DNA of 64,000 nt from contig OZ251539.1 of the NCBI GenBank assembly GCA_965243135.1, positions 800,001-864,000 of the forward strand, given 5' to 3'. Numbering within the stretch: position 1 is the first letter of the stretch; every line of letters starts with the position of its first letter. Under the pieces are notes generated by a model. That model ran no database searches. It had not been told where the DNA came from and saw only the letters and a list, made by a program, of their open reading frames with translations. The DNA is from Alphaproteobacteria bacterium. GTDB lineage: Bacteria; Pseudomonadota; Alphaproteobacteria; MPNO01; UBA830. Positions 59,399 to 64,000 of this stretch are shown here, piece after piece. Made by a program: the position numbers and the translations under genes.

Positions 59399-60877
59399 TC
59401 AAAGCTTGATGCAGATGTTCTTCTGCTCGGAGTAGAAGTTGAGGGCGTGCTGGCCTCCCTCGCGTCCGAAGCCCGACAGGCCCATGCCGCCGAACGGCGT
59501 TCGCAGGTCGCGGAGGAACCAGCAGTTCACCCAGTTGATCCCGGCCTCCATCCGCTGCGCGACCCGGTGGCCGCGCGAAAGGTTGGTCGTCCAGACGGTG
59601 GAGGCCAGGCCGTATTCCGTGTCGTTCGCCATTTCGACCGCTTCCTCCTCGCCGTCGAAGGGCGCGACATGGCACACGGGACCGAAGATCTCTTCTTTCT
59701 GGATGCGCGAGTCTTCGGGAAGTCCGGCGAGAATCGTGGGCTCGATCCAGGCGCCGCCGTCGCGTTCGTCGCCGAAGGCGGGGATGCCGCCGCCGGCAAC
59801 GATCTCGGCTCCGGTTTCCTTCGCCAGATCGTAATAGCCCTGCACCTTCCGGCGGTGTTCGACGCTGATCAGCGGTCCCATCTGCGTGTCGGAATTCTCC
59901 GGGCGGCCGAGCGTCATCGCTCGGGCTTTTTCCGCCAGAGCTTCGACGAACCGGTCGAAGAGAGGGCGCTCGACGTAGAGCCGCTCGGAGCAAAGGCATA
60001 CCTGGCCGCAATTGGCGAAGACCGAACGCACCGTGCCTTCCAGCGCCGCGTCGAAATCCGCGTCGGCGAACACGATGGACGGATTCTTGCCTCCGAGTTC
60101 GAAGGAGAGCGCCTTAACGTTGTCCGCCGCCGCCCGCATGATGGCGCTGCCCGTCGTCGTCTCGCCGGTAAAGGTGATGGCGTCGATGCCGCGATGAGTC
60201 GTCAGGAACTCGCCAGCGGAGTCCGGGCCGAAACCGTGGACCAGGTTGAACGCGCCGTCCGGGACGCCGGAGTCCTTCATTACCTCGGCAAGGAGCGTCG
60301 CGGTGGTCGGCGTCTCTTCCGACGGCTTCAGGATGACTGCGTTTCCCGAGGCCATCGCCGGCGCGATCTTCCATGTCGAGAGCAGCAGCGGCAGGTTCCA
60401 CGGGCTGATCACTCCGACGACGCCGTGCGGCTGGCGCACCGAATAGTTGATCGCGCCGGCCCCGTCGGGCGTGTCCTGCTGGTAGGCTTCGGTGCCCACG
60501 GATTTGATCAGGTCGGCGAACACCCGAAAATTGGCGGCGCCGCGCGGTATGTCGACATGGCTGGCCAGAGAGCGAGGCTTGCCCGTGTCGAGGGTTTCCG
60601 CTTCGACGAATTCCTGCGCCCGGGCATCGATGCCGTCGGCGACCGCGTACAGGATGCGGCAGCGTTCCGCAACCGGCATCCGGCCCCAGGTTTCGCGGTA
60701 GGCTTTCCGCGCCGCCTCCACGGCGCGGTCGACAAGATCCCGGTCGGCTTCGTGGACCCGGGACAGCAGCGTTCCATCGAGCGGCGTGGCGTTTTCGAAG
60801 ACGTTTCCGCTCGCGACGAACTCGCCGCCGACGAAGTTCTTGAGTTCCCGCACGTTCCGTTGTCCGGCGGCAGTCAT
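59399..60877 (-). CDS. dmpC: 2-hydroxy/2-aminomuconic semialdehyde dehydrogenase
   Basis: [46 protein letters not shown]. Confidence 0.9.
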   Translation of the reverse strand: MTAAGQRNVRELKNFVGGEFVASGNVFENATPLDGTLLSRVHEADRDLVDRAVEAARKAYRETWGRMPVAERCRILYAVADGIDARAQEFVEAETLDTGKPRSLASHVDIPRGAANFRVFADLIKSVGTEAYQQDTPDGAGAINYSVRQPHGVVGVISPWNLPLLLSTWKIAPAMASGNAVILKPSEETPTTATLLAEVMKDSGVPDGAFNLVHGFGPDSAGEFLTTHRGIDAITFTGETTTGSAIMRAAADNVKALSFELGGKNPSIVFADADFDAALEGTVRSVFANCGQVCLCSERLYVERPLFDRFVEALAEKARAMTLGRPENSDTQMGPLISVEHRRKVQGYYDLAKETGAEIVAGGGIPAFGDERDGGAWIEPTILAGLPEDSRIQKEEIFGPVCHVAPFDGEEEAVEMANDTEYGLASTVWTTNLSRGHRVAQRMEAGINWVNCWFLRDLRTPFGGMGLSGFGREGGQHALNFYSEQKNICIKL

Positions 60878-61094
60878 CCGCTTCTCCCTGTTCGGAGCGG
60901 GACTTATATCAGATTCGAAGCGGAGAAGTGAGCGGAGACGAGCGACGACCGGCTTTGCGGTCCCGAACGGTTCTCGGACCGCGGCAGCCGCGGAAGTTCC
61001 GGCGTTCGACGACGCGGGCTGAATTGCCGCCGCGAGAGGCGGTCGCTTGCGACGATCGGGGAGATCCGCAATCGTGGGCAGGGGAGGCAGTGCC

Positions 61095-61673
61095 ATGGAA
61101 AGGGTCGGTTTCGCGCATATGGCGGAGGGAACCGCCGACGACTACCGCATCGTGGACGCTGCCGTGGTCCGCGCGCATTCGTTGCTGGCCGACGAGCTGC
61201 TGGCGATGCTGAAGCGCGTCGAGACGATCGATATGGGGTTACGGGTCAGCCGTCTCGAGCACGCCTTGCAGGCGGCCACTCATGCCTATCGGGACGATCA
61301 GGACGAGGAAACGGTGGTTGCAGCGCTGCTTCACGATATCGCCGACGGCATCTCGCCCTACAACCACGCCGAAGTGGCGGCAGGCATCCTGAAGCCTTAC
61401 GTGAGCGAACGGACCTTCTGGGTGGTGAAGCACCACGGTCTTTTTCAGACCTGGTACTACAATCACCATTATGGCCGGGACAGAAACCTGCGCGACCGCT
61501 ACAGGGGTCACCCGCATTATCGGGCCTGCGTCGATTTCTGCGCCCGGTACGATCAGGTGTCGTTCGACCCGAACTTCAAGGCGATGCCGCTCGAAGCCTT
61601 CGAGCCGATGGTTCGCCGCCTCTTCGCACATCCTCCGGGTTTCGACATGTCGGCTCTTGACGAGGCGACCTGA
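61095..61673 (+). CDS. HD-domain protein (PhnZ/TmpB-like ligand pattern)
   Basis: EHALQ, LLHDI, NH, HH, D; GGAGG RBS. Confidence 0.82.
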   Translation: MERVGFAHMAEGTADDYRIVDAAVVRAHSLLADELLAMLKRVETIDMGLRVSRLEHALQAATHAYRDDQDEETVVAALLHDIADGISPYNHAEVAAGILKPYVSERTFWVVKHHGLFQTWYYNHHYGRDRNLRDRYRGHPHYRACVDFCARYDQVSFDPNFKAMPLEAFEPMVRRLFAHPPGFDMSALDEAT

Positions 61674-61778
61674 GGAGACGCGGATTTCAGTCGCCGCGAC
61701 TGGACGGGCGTAGGGTGCGCGGCTTCGCCCGCCGAGGGACGCGATACGCTCGCCCGGCGTTCCGTTCCTTTCTCGACT

Positions 61779-62675
61779 TCAAGAGGCGCCGTGCCGTTTC
61801 AGCCACTCTCCGAGGCGTTTCCACCCGTCCATGGCGGCCGTTTCGCGGTAGCTCGGACGGTAGTCGGCATGAAACCCGTGCGGCGCGTCCGGATAGATGA
61901 CGATCTCGACCTTGTCGTTTCCGGCCGCCTTGACCGCCGCTTCCATGTCCCTGACCGTCTTGACCGGTATGCCCCGATCCTGTCCGCCGTAGAGGCCGAG
62001 AACGGGCGACTTGATCTTGCGGGCGACATCGATGGGATAGGTCGGCGTGTTCGGATTCTTGTCCCGCGCCACGATGCGTCCGTACCAGGCGACGCCGGCT
62101 TTGAGCGCGGGATTGTGGGCGGCGTACATCCAGACGATGCGCCCGCCCCAGCAGAACCCGGTGATCGCGAGCTTGTCGGCGTCGCCGCCGTTGCGTCCCG
62201 CGAACTTCGCCGCCGCGTCCAGATCCGACATGACCTGCTTGTCCGGGACCTTGGCCACCAGTTCGGCGATCAACTTGCGGATTTCCTTGAACGTGTACCG
62301 CGAAGGATCTCCCTGGCGATGGTAGAGTTCGGGCGCGATGGCGAGATGTCCCATCTTGCCGAGTCGGCGGCATACGTCCTTGATGTGTTCGTGCACGCCG
62401 AAAATCTCTTGCGCCACGAGAATCACCGGGTGGTTCGCGCCGGTCGCCGGCATGGCCATATAGGCAGGTATGTTGCCGTCCGGGGTCGGCACCGTGACCA
62501 TGCCGCCCTTCAGGCCAGCCATGTCGGTCTTTATCGTCGCGGCGCGGGCGGGACGCACCGCAAGCGCGAACCCCGTCGTGACGGTGGCGCCGGCGAGAAA
62601 AATGCGCCGGGAGACGCTGGTTTCCGGCAGCAGGCTTTTCATGTCGGAGTCGCGGATGATGTCGTCGAACGGCAT
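61779..62675 (-). CDS. Dienelactone hydrolase family protein (YghX-like)
   Basis: QEIFGVHEHI, GFCWGG, HGFHADYRPSY; alternative start 62705. Confidence 0.9.
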   Translation of the reverse strand: MPFDDIIRDSDMKSLLPETSVSRRIFLAGATVTTGFALAVRPARAATIKTDMAGLKGGMVTVPTPDGNIPAYMAMPATGANHPVILVAQEIFGVHEHIKDVCRRLGKMGHLAIAPELYHRQGDPSRYTFKEIRKLIAELVAKVPDKQVMSDLDAAAKFAGRNGGDADKLAITGFCWGGRIVWMYAAHNPALKAGVAWYGRIVARDKNPNTPTYPIDVARKIKSPVLGLYGGQDRGIPVKTVRDMEAAVKAAGNDKVEIVIYPDAPHGFHADYRPSYRETAAMDGWKRLGEWLKRHGAS

Positions 62676-62858
62676 TTCGGATCTCCTTTCGCTCGGAGCG
62701 CTCATTCTGCGCCAGGTTTATGCCGCGCGCAAGGATTCACGATCTCGTTCGCCGGATTCCGTCGCGAGTTGCCGGTCGAAAACGGGGACCGTTCGCGCGG
62801 CCCGGGCGGTCGCCGTCGGTTGCGCAACCGTGGACAATCGCCGCCGGCGGAATGGCGG

Positions 62859-63326
62859 TCAGTTTCCGAATTCGAGAATCGCCTCGATCTCCACGCAGAA
62901 ACCGCGCGGCAATTCATGCATTCCGACCGCGGATCGCGCATGCCGGCCAGCTTCCGGCCCGAAGATTTCCAGCAGCAGGTCCGACGCGCCGTCGATCACC
63001 GCGAATTGACGGTCGAAGCCGGCTGCGGAATTGACCATTCCGAAGACCTTGACGACCTGCGTGATCCGGTCGAGCGAGCCGAGCCTCCGTTGCGCCGTCG
63101 CGAGGATGCTGAGCGCCGTGGCGCGGGCGGAATCGCGGGCTTCCGCTTCGCTGATCGCGCCGCCGACCTTGCCGACGACCTTCACTCCGAAATTCTCGGG
63201 CGGCGGGTGGCCGGATACGAAGAGCAGATTTCCCGACGCGACGCATCCCGTCCTGTTGGCGCTCGGATAGACGAAAGGCCGCGGAAGCGAGAGGCCGAGC
63301 GCCGCGAGACGGTCGGCGGGATTCAC
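62859..63326 (-). CDS. RidA/YjgF family protein
   Basis: LFVSG, GMVNS..GF, GASDLL.EIFG, GRHARSAVG..LP...CVEIE; GTGA-coupled. Confidence 0.9.
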   Translation of the reverse strand: MNPADRLAALGLSLPRPFVYPSANRTGCVASGNLLFVSGHPPPENFGVKVVGKVGGAISEAEARDSARATALSILATAQRRLGSLDRITQVVKVFGMVNSAAGFDRQFAVIDGASDLLLEIFGPEAGRHARSAVGMHELPRGFCVEIEAILEFGN

Positions 63327-64000
63327 GCGGTCGCCCGCAAGGGAATGTCGTCCGGGCGCAGCGGGGTTATCCGGCACGGCAGGCCGCGCGTATCGGCGGA
63401 ACCGGTAACCGGATCCCAGGGACCGTCGTAGGACAGGGCGGCGTTCACGTTCACCTCCAGAGCGCCGCGCTCGGGACCCGGCGCTTCCGGAAGCCACCAG
63501 CCCATGCCGGTGCGGACGACGCCGGACGCCGTCTCTTCGGTGATCTTGACCTTGAGCTTGCAACTCCCGTCGGGCGTCTCCAGGGCGACCCAATCGTCGT
63601 TCCGCAGCGCCATTTCCGCGGCCGTCTCCGGATGCACCTGAAGAAGCGGGAAAGGCGAAATCTTGCGCGCCCACGCCTGATCCCGATACCGGGAATGGTG
63701 ATAGGTCTTCTCGCGCGCTCCGGTAATCAGGGTCAGCGGATAGGCGCCGCGCGTCGCCGCTTCGACTCGTTCGACTCGGGGCGGCGCGAATGCGGGCAAT
63801 GGGTCGACCCCGATCTCTTCGAGAATTCCTGATCGAAGCTCGATCTTGCCCGAGGGGGTCGGAAAGCCCGTTTTCCCGAAATCGCGAAGCGCGCAATCGA
63901 ACCTCGCCCAGCCCTGCTTTTCGAGGAGCGCCCAGTCCACTTCGTCGCCGAGCAGGAAGCGGTTGAATTCCCGCTTGGATTCCCAGGGAAAAAAGCGTCG
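63323..64000 (-). CDS. Molybdopterin (bis-MGD) oxidoreductase C-terminus, acetylene-hydratase-like; truncated by window edge
   Basis: FPTPSGKIEL, YPLTLITG, HS, VHPETA, GWWLPE, NVN.L, DPVTG. Confidence 0.82.
   Translation of the reverse strand, partial: RRFFPWESKREFNRFLLGDEVDWALLEKQGWARFDCALRDFGKTGFPTPSGKIELRSGILEEIGVDPLPAFAPPRVERVEAATRGAYPLTLITGAREKTYHHSRYRDQAWARKISPFPLLQVHPETAAEMALRNDDWVALETPDGSCKLKVKITEETASGVVRTGMGWWLPEAPGPERGALEVNVNAALSYDGPWDPVTGSADTRGLPCRITPLRPDDIPLRATA

Noticed and set aside
1-64000. CRISPR array, rRNA or intact tRNA
   Set aside because: No regularly spaced repeat-spacer array, cas gene or full tRNA/rRNA signature was seen by eye.

Overview
High-GC bacterial DNA, probably proteobacterial (inferred from the gene set, not proven). 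It is mostly a dense patchwork of catabolic and redox genes: four amidase-signature enzymes, two SDRs, FO/F420 genes (fbiC, npdG), a Urt/Fmd-like amide ABC transporter, a photolyase, CoxL-like Mo-hydroxylase subunits, two Rieske oxygenases, GST/cupin/LLM/NIPSNAP/SnoaL genes, an otsB-GH15-glucokinase operon and a lower meta-cleavage operon (dmpC-E-F-G-H like). Overlaid on this is much mobile DNA and gene decay. A complete ISNCY-type IS (18-bp TIRs, 9-bp TSD) splits an AAA-DUF4143 gene, and a 195-bp non-autonomous MITE with the same ends sits inside a relE-type toxin gene. An IS630 splits a Bcr/CflA MFS gene, two inverted ISAzo13 relics bracket a clan-AA aspartic protease, and a toxin-antitoxin cluster has mostly dead toxins beside intact antitoxins. 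There are also integrase and coxL relics and an orphan DNA methyltransferase. The largest unexplained unit is a tandem pair of ~770-aa paralogues (helical region, Zn-ribbon, TPR-like segment, SEC-C) with patchy divergence. I found no rRNA, intact tRNA or CRISPR array, and recognised no dedicated transcription-factor gene in 64 kb. All calls come from motif recognition by eye, without database searches.
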